Shown here: positions 31,501-38,998 of the stretch, one piece after another | Layout of the letters: every line of letters starts with the position of its first letter | Position numbering within the stretch: the first letter of the stretch is position 1 | Assembly (NCBI GenBank): GCA_050246315.1 | Contig: JBFWWG010000001.1 | Location: 576,001-640,000 of the forward strand | Length of the DNA stretch: 64,000 nucleotides | Direction: 5' to 3' | DNA from: Nitrospiraceae bacterium | GTDB lineage: Bacteria; Nitrospirota; Nitrospiria; Nitrospirales; Nitrospiraceae | Position numbers and translations under genes: made by a program | The notes under the pieces: model-generated | Database searches by the model: none | What the model was told of the DNA's origin: nothing | Seen by the model: the letters and a program-made list of their open reading frames with translations, nothing else

Positions 31501-31581
31501 AACGACTCGTTCAAACGCTGGCTGACCGATACCGTGTTTCGCATTACCTATGAGAGTCAGCCAGGCGCTTCGCCAAGGTGA
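28558..31581 (+). CDS. hsdR: Type I R-M restriction subunit R
   Basis: LFINGLPIATFELKN nuclease motif, QHSAGSGKS, DEAHSS, FTATPK, QTLSRLNR. Confidence 0.95.
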   Translation: MSTDTSERGFETLIVEAMAGRPSGEPPPPAEGIGLIRPRYGGTGWIPGQAQDYDREFCVDLPQLRTFLQATQPNIAEALDLTSDSPTRRKFLARLQGEISKRGVIDVLRHGVKDGPHHIDLFFGTPSPGNEKAGALYAANRFSVTRQLRYSRDEMQRALDLALFINGLPIATFELKNSLTKQTVEDAVEQYKRDRDPREKLFEFGRCVVHFAVDDHEVRFCTHLKGKGSWFLPFNQGWNDGTGNPPNPHGIKTDYLWRTILTREGLTDILENYAQVVEERNEKTGRMKSVQIWPRFHQLDVVRKLLAAARQHGAGRRYLIQHSAGSGKSNSIAWLSHQLIGLHKADTLTFDSIIVVTDRKILDRQIRDTIKQFAQVGATVGHAEHSGDLRQFIAEGKKIIISTVQKFPFILDEIGSEKRGRSFAIIIDEAHSSQGGRTSAALSMALSTAGAEEDDETIEDTINRLMEVKKLLPNASYFAFTATPKNKTLEIFGEALPPDAEGKVRHRPFHSYTMKQAIQEGFILDVLKHYTPVESYYKLVKKVEGDPEFDTKRAKKKLRRYVESHDHAIRLKAEIMVDHFHEQVLALNKVGGQARAMVVTSGIERAIQYFHAFGDYLAERKSPYKPTVAFSGEHEYGGAKVTEASLNGFPSSQIADKIQEDPYRFLICADKFQTGYDEPLLHTMYVDKILSGIKAVQTLSRLNRAHPQKHDVFVLDFMNDSETIQEAFADYYRATILSEETDPNKLHDLKAALDGYQVYAPAQTEQLVTLYLGGADRDKLDPILDACVAVYTEQLGEDGQVDFKGKAKAFLRAYGFLSSILPYTNADWERLSIFLNFLVPKLPAPKEEDLSKGILEAIDMDSYRVEKKAAMKIQLPDENAEIEPVPMTGGGSKAEPELDRLSNILKSFNDQFGNIPWTDADRVHKLITEDIPNRVAADTAYQNAKQNSDRQNARIEHDKALARVMTAVLKDDTELFKQFMDNDSFKRWLTDTVFRITYESQPGASPR

Positions 31582-31654
31582 GAATACACAGCGGGGACAT
31601 GGTGCGCCTAGCGAGAAGCGCAATGCTCTTGCTCGCATCCAGACCGTAGCCAAC

Positions 31655-31747
31655 GATCCGATCGAGTTCGATCCTTCCTCACCGCCATCAGAAGGTTTCT
31701 CCCATACAAGGGTGCACTTCACTTTCTGAGGTGCTTGATGACCTCCA
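31655..31747 (-). pseudogene. Remnant of the 3' end of the antitoxin gene found intact at 34871-35104
   Basis: 93-bp gapless similarity to 34876-34968 (gatc.gatcgagttcgatccttcc...gcacttc.ctttc.gag.tgcttgat.acctcc). Confidence 0.65.
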
Positions 31748-31837
31748 TCACCGAGGGTTCAGCACCTGTCGGAGAGTGATCCGCGGCGATCGAATCCAAC
31801 TTGCCATGGAAGCGCTTTCTGCGCTTGTCGTCCCAAA

Positions 31838-31914
31838 TTGACACAGTTGAATGGCAATGATACTTTCAGGCCACAAAGTATCATTGGTGATCAGGAAGGG
31901 AATGAAAGTATCAT
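31838..31914 (+). promoter_or_regulatory. Fic promoter with palindromic operator
   Basis: TTGACA-17-TACTTT; perfect 12-bp inverted repeat caatgatacttt-N8-aaagtatcattg (31855-31886) and extra half-site at 31905-31914. Confidence 0.65.
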
Positions 31915-31929
31915 AGGGCGGAATGATCG

Positions 31930-33096
31930 ATGAATCCTGCTGATTTTACAGATGAAAAGAACGGACAACTGATCAAGACATCGAAGGACTATTGGGCCTT
32001 TCTCCCAAACCCCCTTCCGCCCAAGCTGACTTTGAGCTGGGACTTGGTGAATCAGCTTTCTGACGCTGATAGGGCGCTCAGCGAACTTGCGGGAACGGCT
32101 CGCACCTTGCCGAACCCTCACTTGCTCATCGGTCCCTTTATCAGACGCGAGGCGGTGCTCTCCAGTCGCATCGAGGGGACCCAGGCTTCGCTGTCCGATC
32201 TCCTATTTTTCGAGGCGTCGGGGTCGGTCGATCCGAACGTACCTGATGCCCGTGAGGTGGGGAATTATGTGAAGGCAATGGAATATGGACTTGCACGTCT
32301 GAAAAATTTTCCGCTGAGCCTTCGCTTTATTCGGGAACTGCACGAACGTCTCATGGAGGGCGCACGCGGGGACCACCTGACTCCCGGTGAGTTTCGTCGC
32401 TCCCAGAATTGGATAGGTCCGGCCGGATGTACTCTGATGGATTCCCTGTATGTGCCGCCTCCGGTCGAAGAGATGGAACAGGCACTGGCTCAGTTCGAAA
32501 CCTATCTTCATGCGTCCTCCACGCTGCCGCTCCTTGTTCGACTCGCAGCCATCCACTACCAGTTTGAGGCGATTCACCCGTTCTTGGATGGGAATGGCAG
32601 AATCGGGCGACTCCTCATCACGCTCCTGCTTTGCAAAGAAGGAATATTATCGGAACCGCTCCTCTATTTGAGCGCGTACTTTGAGCGCCACCGAGATGAG
32701 TACTATCAGCTCCTACTGGCCGTGAGCCAAAGAGGCCAGTGGGCTGAGTGGATGTCATTCTTCCTTCGCGGTGTCGCGGAACAGTCGCGAGATGCACTGG
32801 TCCGTTCCGGTAGCCTGCGTCAGTTGTGGCAAGGCTACCGTGGGGAATTCCAGTCTGCTCGATCGTCGGCGCTCCAGCTTCGCTTGATCGACCAGTTGTT
32901 TGCGTACCCGGCGATTACGGCCAGTCAGGCAGCAAGGCTCTTACAGGTGACGCATCGCTCGGCGCAGTTGAATATTGAAAAGCTGATCCGCAAGGGCATT
33001 CTAAAGGAAGCCACTGGAAAGCAACGCAATCGCATTTTCATCGCTCCGCAGATCATCAAAGTCATTGAAGCGCCGCATGCAAGCAAACGCATGTGA
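31930..33096 (+). CDS. Fic-family protein with C-terminal HTH
   Basis: HPFLDGNGRIGR Fic motif; N-terminal EAVLSSRIEG inhibitory motif. Confidence 0.92.
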   Translation: MNPADFTDEKNGQLIKTSKDYWAFLPNPLPPKLTLSWDLVNQLSDADRALSELAGTARTLPNPHLLIGPFIRREAVLSSRIEGTQASLSDLLFFEASGSVDPNVPDAREVGNYVKAMEYGLARLKNFPLSLRFIRELHERLMEGARGDHLTPGEFRRSQNWIGPAGCTLMDSLYVPPPVEEMEQALAQFETYLHASSTLPLLVRLAAIHYQFEAIHPFLDGNGRIGRLLITLLLCKEGILSEPLLYLSAYFERHRDEYYQLLLAVSQRGQWAEWMSFFLRGVAEQSRDALVRSGSLRQLWQGYRGEFQSARSSALQLRLIDQLFAYPAITASQAARLLQVTHRSAQLNIEKLIRKGILKEATGKQRNRIFIAPQIIKVIEAPHASKRM

Positions 33097-33143
33097 CTCG
33101 GATCAGTCCCCCTCCCGACCTGAACAACCTCATCCATGCCTGT

Positions 33144-33282
33144 CTGGCAGACTGCGGAAAAACCATCCGTTCATCCTTCGAGGACCTCAGGACGAACGGA
33201 GCGATTGTTGAATACACTGGGGTTTTTCGATCCTGCTAAGCCCGTCGATGCAAATGAATCGAGTTTTTCCGCAGCCTGCAAG
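33144..33282. mobile_element. MITE family A copy 3
   Basis: ctggcagactgcggaaaaa ... tttttccgcagcctgcaag; sits in a decayed copy of the btu promoter. Confidence 0.8.
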
Positions 33283-33370
33283 AGTCCCGGCCACATCGTG
33301 TTCGACTTAAGGGAAGAGGATGCGACTTCCTCACGGTCCCGCTGCCGTAACTGGGGACGGCTCCCGCACC
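33281..33370 (+). repeat. Truncated, degenerate copy of the 5' half of the cobalamin riboswitch at 35351-35440
   Basis: 90 bp gapless, 8 mismatches by eye; lacks the 3' GGGAAG and GAAGACCTG parts. Confidence 0.85.
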
Positions 33371-33553
33371 TGTTGTTGGTCGACCCAGGCGGGCGATGAG
33401 TCCTGACCATCAGACTCAGCCCCGCGCCTAGCAGACGAAAGGCCGCTAGTGCCTGGCAGTGTCGTTTCGAGACGAACAGGCCAATACCTGGAATCGCAAA
33501 ACGGGTTCTCATCTATGCAGAAGGAAGAAATGCGCTGGAAGCGAGTCTGCGGA

Positions 33554-33886
33554 TCAGAGAAATTCGACGTGGCGGATCATGTCTTCGGGGGTCAACACAT
33601 CGTGGATCAGCATGAGCGATCTCAGAATATGCGGCATCGGTGTGTGTTGAGGGGCATACACAATCCCGCTATGGGCCATTCCGGCCGCGTGCAACCGTAG
33701 AGAGTCGGCATCTTGCGTAAAGACGACTCGCCCTTCTTGATCCGCCCGTTCAAGATGCTGGTGATCGGTGGCCGCCTGTAAGCCGGCTTCCTGAACTGTC
33801 GTCACGTCCACTCCACGCCTGCGCAAACCCTCTGTTACGGCTCTGGGGACATGCTCGTCCATGTAGGTCCGGATCCGGTCAGCCAC
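33554..33886 (-). CDS. DUF5615 PIN-like toxin
   Basis: YMDEHVP..V..GLRRRGVDV, GRVVFTQDAD, HSGIV. Confidence 0.85.
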   Translation of the reverse strand: MADRIRTYMDEHVPRAVTEGLRRRGVDVTTVQEAGLQAATDHQHLERADQEGRVVFTQDADSLRLHAAGMAHSGIVYAPQHTPMPHILRSLMLIHDVLTPEDMIRHVEFL

Positions 33887-34178
33887 CTGGCTTTCCGCTC
33901 AGCTTGGAGGGTGTGCCGCTTCGGAGGCTGGCCACATAGGAATCGTCAGCCAGGATCGTCGCATCGATCGCCAGGCGGTGATCGTAGTAGTAGGCCAGCG
34001 CGGCATACACTTCGGCCAAGGACAATCCGTGATTGGAGGCGATCTCGTCCGCGCTCAGGCCCATGCGCTCGTGCCAGATCATGACGTTCTGTACCGTGAT
34101 CCGGTGTCCAACAATCCGAGGTTTACCACCAGCGATGTCCGGCGAAACCGCGATGTGCTGAGTTGTGACTGTATCCAT
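33879..34178 (-). CDS. DUF433 antitoxin-like protein
   Basis: PDIAGGKPRIVGHRITV...LSLAEVYAALAYY. Confidence 0.9.
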   Translation of the reverse strand: MDTVTTQHIAVSPDIAGGKPRIVGHRITVQNVMIWHERMGLSADEIASNHGLSLAEVYAALAYYYDHRLAIDATILADDSYVASLRSGTPSKLSGKPGG

Positions 34179-34250
34179 TGCGGACCTTCAAGCAGCCAGA
34201 TGGCATTATAGGCTACAGGGAAATTCCCTTCCATAAAAGGAGCGGCGCGG

Positions 34251-34367
34251 CTACCCCTCATGATTCACGATGACCTCTACTGCAACTGCCGTGTGACCCG
34301 TTGCGGGGTGCTGCTTCCTATGCAACGGATGGAACGCGACGAACCGTCATGAATAGTGCGGGTTCAG
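34251..34367. repeat. Short copy of repeat family B
   Basis: gcaacggatggaacgcgacgaaccgtcatgaatagtgcggg matches 54118-54160 and the reverse of 62497-62540. Confidence 0.7.
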
Positions 34368-34448
34368 TGACCGCCTTGTGCGCCTCGGCATTGAGAAGAC
34401 GAGATTTTTCAGGGGTCGTACGATGCTCGCTGGATGGCCGAATGTCGA

Positions 34449-34874
34449 TTACGGCCCTCGCCATTTTTTCAGCAGCGCCACATGACCCTTTCGGCTTGCC
34501 CGCTTTTCGTAGGCCGCATCCGCCGTGAGGTAGAGTCCGTTGGCGCGCAACGCGAGGACATGGTATGCGGAGTCATAAAAAGTGACGCCCTTGACCTCCT
34601 GCATATGTTCGAGCACCGCCAGGCTATACTCGGTTCTGAGCGGAACCTCTTCGAATTCGTAGGCCAGCAGGGCGCTCATTAAGTCCGTAGCGAAGGCCGA
34701 CTGCTTCAGGCCCAAGACATGTCCGACTTCGTATCGCCACAGAGTCGGCAAGCGAATCTCGACCTCCTGAGCGAGGAACGCTTGCTGAAGCCGCAGGGCC
34801 TGGGGATAATCGGGCTCGTCCTCTTTCTCCAGCACCCACTTCAAAATGACGGACGCGTCAGGCACGACCATCAT
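34449..34874 (-). CDS. vapC: VapC-family PIN toxin
   Basis: VPDASVILKW, YEV, TFYDSAYHVLA, LTAD. Confidence 0.88.
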   Translation of the reverse strand: MMVVPDASVILKWVLEKEDEPDYPQALRLQQAFLAQEVEIRLPTLWRYEVGHVLGLKQSAFATDLMSALLAYEFEEVPLRTEYSLAVLEHMQEVKGVTFYDSAYHVLALRANGLYLTADAAYEKRASRKGHVALLKKWRGP

Positions 34875-35104
34875 TGATCTGATCGAGTTCGATCCTTCCG
34901 CACTGCCGCTACAATTTCTTTTCCGCTGAAGGTCGCACTTCGCTTTCGGAGATGCTTGATCACCTCCGTGGCATGCTGGCGCTTTCGTCTGAGTAGTTCG
35001 TTCCGGAGCGCTTCATTCACGACTTGACTGCGCCGGCGGGGAGGAACGAGATTGAACAGTTCTTCCCGGAGCTGATCGTCGATCGACACATTCAATTTGG
35101 CCAT
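34871..35104 (-). CDS. Putative antitoxin (ribbon-helix-helix-like)
   Basis: 77 aa, KLNVSIDD...RSQVVNEAL; overlaps vapC start. Confidence 0.8.
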   Translation of the reverse strand: MAKLNVSIDDQLREELFNLVPPRRRSQVVNEALRNELLRRKRQHATEVIKHLRKRSATFSGKEIVAAVRKDRTRSDQ

Positions 35105-35325
35105 GACCTGGCAGCCTCCTCTTATAACCGGAGCAGTCTAGATGCCTACAGCATGCGTCTTCTATAGGCGTCCAAGCAAGGCTCCGCCTAGAAGCTGCGC
35201 GCCACTCTCGCTACCGAGGGACATCGAGAGGCATCCAAGACGGGTTGTTCTCATTTTTCGGCGGTTCCTCCCTCTCCAAGCGAAGGAACTCCAACACCCG
35301 TTCCTCCGGCTCGGAGCCGCGGACC

Positions 35326-35355
35326 TTGACAACCCCATTCACGCCCATCTAGAGT
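35326..35355 (+). promoter_or_regulatory. sigma70-type promoter of the btu/cob cluster
   Basis: TTGACA-18-TAGAGT immediately 5' of the riboswitch. Confidence 0.55.
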
Positions 35356-35359
35356 CCCG

Positions 35360-35516
35360 GCCACATCGCGTTCGGTTCAAGGGAAGAGGGTGCGACTCCC
35401 TCACGGTCCCGCCGCTGTAACTGGGGACGGCTCCCGCACCATGTCACTGTTCGCTTCAGGCGAATGGGAAGACGCGGGTCGTCGGATGATCCAGGAGTCA
35501 GAAGACCTGACCGACA
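35360..35516 (+). ncRNA. Cobalamin riboswitch
   Basis: AAGGGAA..GGTGCGACTCC..CCCGCCGCTGTAA..TCACTG..TGGGAAG..AGTCAGAAGACCTG; upstream of btuF. Confidence 0.9.
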
Positions 35517-35597
35517 CGCAAGACCATAGTCCCCCCGTGGGGTGGGGAATAGGGTGAGGATGAAGGAGCTGGGTGCAGTCCTCCGGGTCTGTCTTGT

Positions 35598-36557
35598 TTG
35601 GCGACCCCGAGGATTTTTGTTGTGTCGAGCTCCCGGTTTCACCGACAGCCTCGTTGGCTCTTCCTTCTCGGGCCGGTTCTTGCCGCCAGCCTCCTTGTCG
35701 CGGGTAAATCGGCTGGAGCGGCCGATCGAATCTTCGTCGATGACCTGCACCGTTCCGTTTCGGTTCCCGACCATCCCGCCAGAGTCGTCTCGCTCGCTCC
35801 CAGTCTGACCGAACTGCTCTTCGCGCTGGGGTTAGACCGGGAGATCGTCGCGGTCACGCCGTTTTGCGATTATCCACCACAGGCCGCGACGAAACCCAAG
35901 GTCGGATACACCAACCCCAGTATCGAGGCGCTGGTCGGCCACGATCCCGACCTGGTTCTGGCGCCGCGGGAGTTCATGCGCGCCGATCTCCTCGGGCGGC
36001 TGGAACAGTTGCGCATCCCGGCCCTTGTCTTCTCGGCCGGTTCCGTCGCGGATATCACTGCGCATCTTCAGACTCTCGGACGAATCTTCCATCGTGAGCC
36101 GCAGGCGGAGAACGTCGCGACCTCGCTCCGACGACAGCTCGACGCTATTCAATCAAGAGTGCGCACCCTCCCGCCGCAGCGCGTGCTCTATGTCCTCAAC
36201 AGCCATCCGTTGATCACCGTCGGGCCGGGCAGTTTCATCCACGAGTTGATCGGTTTGGCGGGAGGCCAGAATGCCGCGGCAGAGGCGGCGATGCCGTATC
36301 CTCGCCTCAGTATGGAGGCGGTGTTGAAGGCCGACCCGGAGGTTCTGCTGTTTCCGGTCGGGAAGACGGAAGGGATCCCTCCCAGCGAGCAACAGGTGTG
36401 GCGGCAGTGGTCGGGACTGTCTGCCGTGCAACAAAACCGGCTCCGTTCGATTCCATCCGATCTGTTGAATCGCCCCGGTCCGCGAATCGGCGAGGGACTG
36501 GAAGCCCTGGCTCGCGCCATTCATCCGGAAGCCTTCACCAACGAAACCAAGCCATGA
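35598..36557 (+). CDS. btuF: Cobalamin ABC transporter periplasmic binding protein
   Basis: RVVSLAPSLTELLFALG, CDYPP, RPGPR; riboswitch context; start uncertain. Confidence 0.88.
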   Translation: MATPRIFVVSSSRFHRQPRWLFLLGPVLAASLLVAGKSAGAADRIFVDDLHRSVSVPDHPARVVSLAPSLTELLFALGLDREIVAVTPFCDYPPQAATKPKVGYTNPSIEALVGHDPDLVLAPREFMRADLLGRLEQLRIPALVFSAGSVADITAHLQTLGRIFHREPQAENVATSLRRQLDAIQSRVRTLPPQRVLYVLNSHPLITVGPGSFIHELIGLAGGQNAAAEAAMPYPRLSMEAVLKADPEVLLFPVGKTEGIPPSEQQVWRQWSGLSAVQQNRLRSIPSDLLNRPGPRIGEGLEALARAIHPEAFTNETKP

Positions 36558-37717
36558 GACCGACAGGCGATATGATGCAGCGCCCCTCCGTCTCCCAGAC
36601 GATGGCGCAGCCCGCGCAAGCTGCACCGCAGCCGACCGGGGCGCCGTCACGGACATCCGATCGCAGCCGTCATCTTGCCCGCGGCCGGTCCGCACGCGCC
36701 CTGCGCCTCCTCGTCGGACTCGCGACCGGCCTGCTGATCTTGATGGTGCTCTGCCTGCAGGTCGGAACCGAATTCATCGGCTTGTCGCAGATGGCGGAGC
36801 TAGTCAGGAGGGGGTTCGGGCAGGGCGACTGGAACCGGGAATCGATCGGCACCGCCGGCATGATCCTGTTTCACGTGCGGTTGCCGCGGGTGTTCCTGAG
36901 CGTGATTGTCGGGGCGTCACTGGCCTCAGTCGGCGTCGTCCTTCAGGCGTTGCTCCGCAATCCCCTGGCCGATCCCTATGTGGTCGGGGTGTCGAGCGGG
37001 GCCGCGTTCGGGGCGGCGCTGGCGATCCTCTTCGGCATCGGAACCTCGTTCTTGGCCCTCACGGCGCTCCCGCTCTTCGCCTTCGCCGGGGGATTGCTCT
37101 CGCTGGTTCTCGTCTACCGATTGGGCGCGAGCCAAGGCCGGCTCTCCATCCACAGTCTGCTGTTGGCCGGCGTGATTCTGAACGCGATCTTCTCGGCGCT
37201 GATCATGTTTTCAACCTTGCTCATGGACCCGAACCGATCCTTCGGGTTGATGGCGTGGTTGATGGGGACGCTGACGTTACAGGTGTCGTCGGGTCTCACC
37301 GTGTTGCTCGTGTATATCCTCTGTGGCCTGCTCGTGCTCATGACCCAACTGCGTTCGCTCAATCTCATGACGCTGGGAGAGGAGTCGGCGCGTGCCTGCG
37401 GGGTCGATACGGAGCGGGTGAAGAAACGGCTCTTCGTAACCGCGGCCCTTGTGACGGGGGCCGTCGTCTCCGTGAGCGGGATGATCGGCTTCGTCGGGAT
37501 GGTCGTGCCTCATGCGGTGCGGATGCTGTTCGGCGCCGACCATCGCCTGCTGTTTCCGGCCTCGGCGCTGGTCGGAGGCATGGCCTTGCTGGTTGCCGAT
37601 ACCGCGGCGCGGACGCTGCTCGCTCCCACCGAGATTCCGGTGGGGATCGTCACGGCTCTCGCGGGAGGGCCGCTCTTTCTCTACCTCCTGCTGTGGCGAA
37701 AGGATCGATCGGCGTGA
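36554..37717 (+). CDS. btuC: Cobalamin/iron-chelate ABC permease (FecCD/BtuC)
   Basis: RLPRV, LLRNPLADPY, LGEESARACG, IGFVGMVVPH, EIPVG. Confidence 0.88.
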   Translation: MRPTGDMMQRPSVSQTMAQPAQAAPQPTGAPSRTSDRSRHLARGRSARALRLLVGLATGLLILMVLCLQVGTEFIGLSQMAELVRRGFGQGDWNRESIGTAGMILFHVRLPRVFLSVIVGASLASVGVVLQALLRNPLADPYVVGVSSGAAFGAALAILFGIGTSFLALTALPLFAFAGGLLSLVLVYRLGASQGRLSIHSLLLAGVILNAIFSALIMFSTLLMDPNRSFGLMAWLMGTLTLQVSSGLTVLLVYILCGLLVLMTQLRSLNLMTLGEESARACGVDTERVKKRLFVTAALVTGAVVSVSGMIGFVGMVVPHAVRMLFGADHRLLFPASALVGGMALLVADTAARTLLAPTEIPVGIVTALAGGPLFLYLLLWRKDRSA

Positions 37718-37740
37718 GGGAGGGGGCAGACGAGGGGAGT

Positions 37741-38631
37741 ATGATCGCCGATGAGCGGCCGATCTCCGGTTCGACCTCGGTTGTTCAGGTCATGACGCCG
37801 GCGCCCATCTATGAAGTCCGTTCGTTGAGCCTCAGCTATCGGACCGACCATCGCGCCGGGCTGCTCTGGGCGCTGAAGGGTGTGAGTTTCGACGTTCAGC
37901 CCGGAGCATTCGTCGGCATCGTCGGCCCGAACGGGTCGGGCAAGACCTCGTTGTTGAAGCTGTTGGGCAAGGTGCTCCATTCGAAGTCCGGTACCATCCG
38001 TCTGCGTGGGCGAGACCTGGCGACGATCCCGCAGGTCGAGGTCGCGCGAACGGTGGCGATGGTGCCGCAGGAGCAGCATCAGGTCTTTCCCTTCACCGTG
38101 CTCGAGACCGTCCTCATGGGCCGGCATCCGCATCATGGATCGACGTGGCGCGCCGGGTTCAGTTGGGAGAATCAGGAGGATCTCGACATTGCCATAGAAG
38201 CGATGGAAGCGACCGATGTCGCACACCTCCACGATCGCGCTGTCACGGATCTCTCGGGAGGAGAACGGCAGCGCTGTTTGATCGCCCGCGCCCTGGCCCA
38301 GACGCCGCAAGTGCTGCTGCTGGATGAGCCGACCGCGTTTCTCGACCTGCCGCACCAGATCGAAATCAGCGCGCTCCTGCGACGGCTCGCGGATCGGAAG
38401 GGCCTGACCCTGTTGTTGATCTCGCACGATCTCAACATCGCCGGGCAATATGCCGATCGGATGTTGATGCTGAAGGAGGGGACGTTGTTTGCCGCCGGCA
38501 CGCCTGAAGAGGTGATTCGGCCGGACATTCTCAAGGCCGTCTACGGATGCGAGGTATTGGTGGACGGCCATCCCGAGTCGGGGCGACCGCGTGTGACCCT
38601 GCCGGTCGGACGCGGGAGCAGGACTGGTTGA
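37741..38631 (+). CDS. btuD: Cobalamin/iron-chelate ABC ATPase
   Basis: GPNGSGKT, LSGGERQR, LLLDEPT, HDLN. Confidence 0.88.
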   Translation: MIADERPISGSTSVVQVMTPAPIYEVRSLSLSYRTDHRAGLLWALKGVSFDVQPGAFVGIVGPNGSGKTSLLKLLGKVLHSKSGTIRLRGRDLATIPQVEVARTVAMVPQEQHQVFPFTVLETVLMGRHPHHGSTWRAGFSWENQEDLDIAIEAMEATDVAHLHDRAVTDLSGGERQRCLIARALAQTPQVLLLDEPTAFLDLPHQIEISALLRRLADRKGLTLLLISHDLNIAGQYADRMLMLKEGTLFAAGTPEEVIRPDILKAVYGCEVLVDGHPESGRPRVTLPVGRGSRTG

Positions 38632-38715
38632 ACGAAATCGTCGATGCGGGTCGGATGTGTACCCGGTCCACCTGTGCATCGTTGGGGTACGGAGAAAACC
38701 ACAGGAGAGGGAGTT

Positions 38716-38957
38716 TCGCAGAACAGACGTCGGGGACGGGGAAGAGGGTGCGAAGCCCTCACGGTGCCGCCACTGTAAGCGAGGAGTGGTTCCGCACAAG
38801 AGCCACTGGTTGCAGGCGTCAACCGTCAGCCGTCACTCGTCAATCGAATGGGGAAGGTCTCAGACTTCCCGCGAATGACGAGCGACCAATGACGAGTGAC
38901 GACTGAGCCGGGAAGGCGCGGGATCGCGACGATCCGCGAGTCAGGAGACCCAGCCGA
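38716..38957 (+). ncRNA. Cobalamin riboswitch with long repeat-derived insertion
   Basis: GGGGAA..GGTGCGAAGCC..GCCGCCACTGTAA..GCCACTGG [~100 nt] CCGGGAAGGC..GAGTCAGGAGACC; upstream of btuB. Confidence 0.9.
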
Positions 38958-38998
38958 CGGAGGTGTTGATTCACCCTTCGAGCTAAAGGGAGGAGAAT

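Noticed and set aside
13620..35350. attL/attR repeat of the tRNA-His 3' end
   Set aside because: I found no convincing second copy of gtcactcacccca by eye and no integrase; aaccccattcacgccca at ~35331 is a promoter spacer
38657..38906. Duplicated small ORFs at 38657-38906 and 41060-41363
   Set aside because: Translations of the duplicated riboswitch
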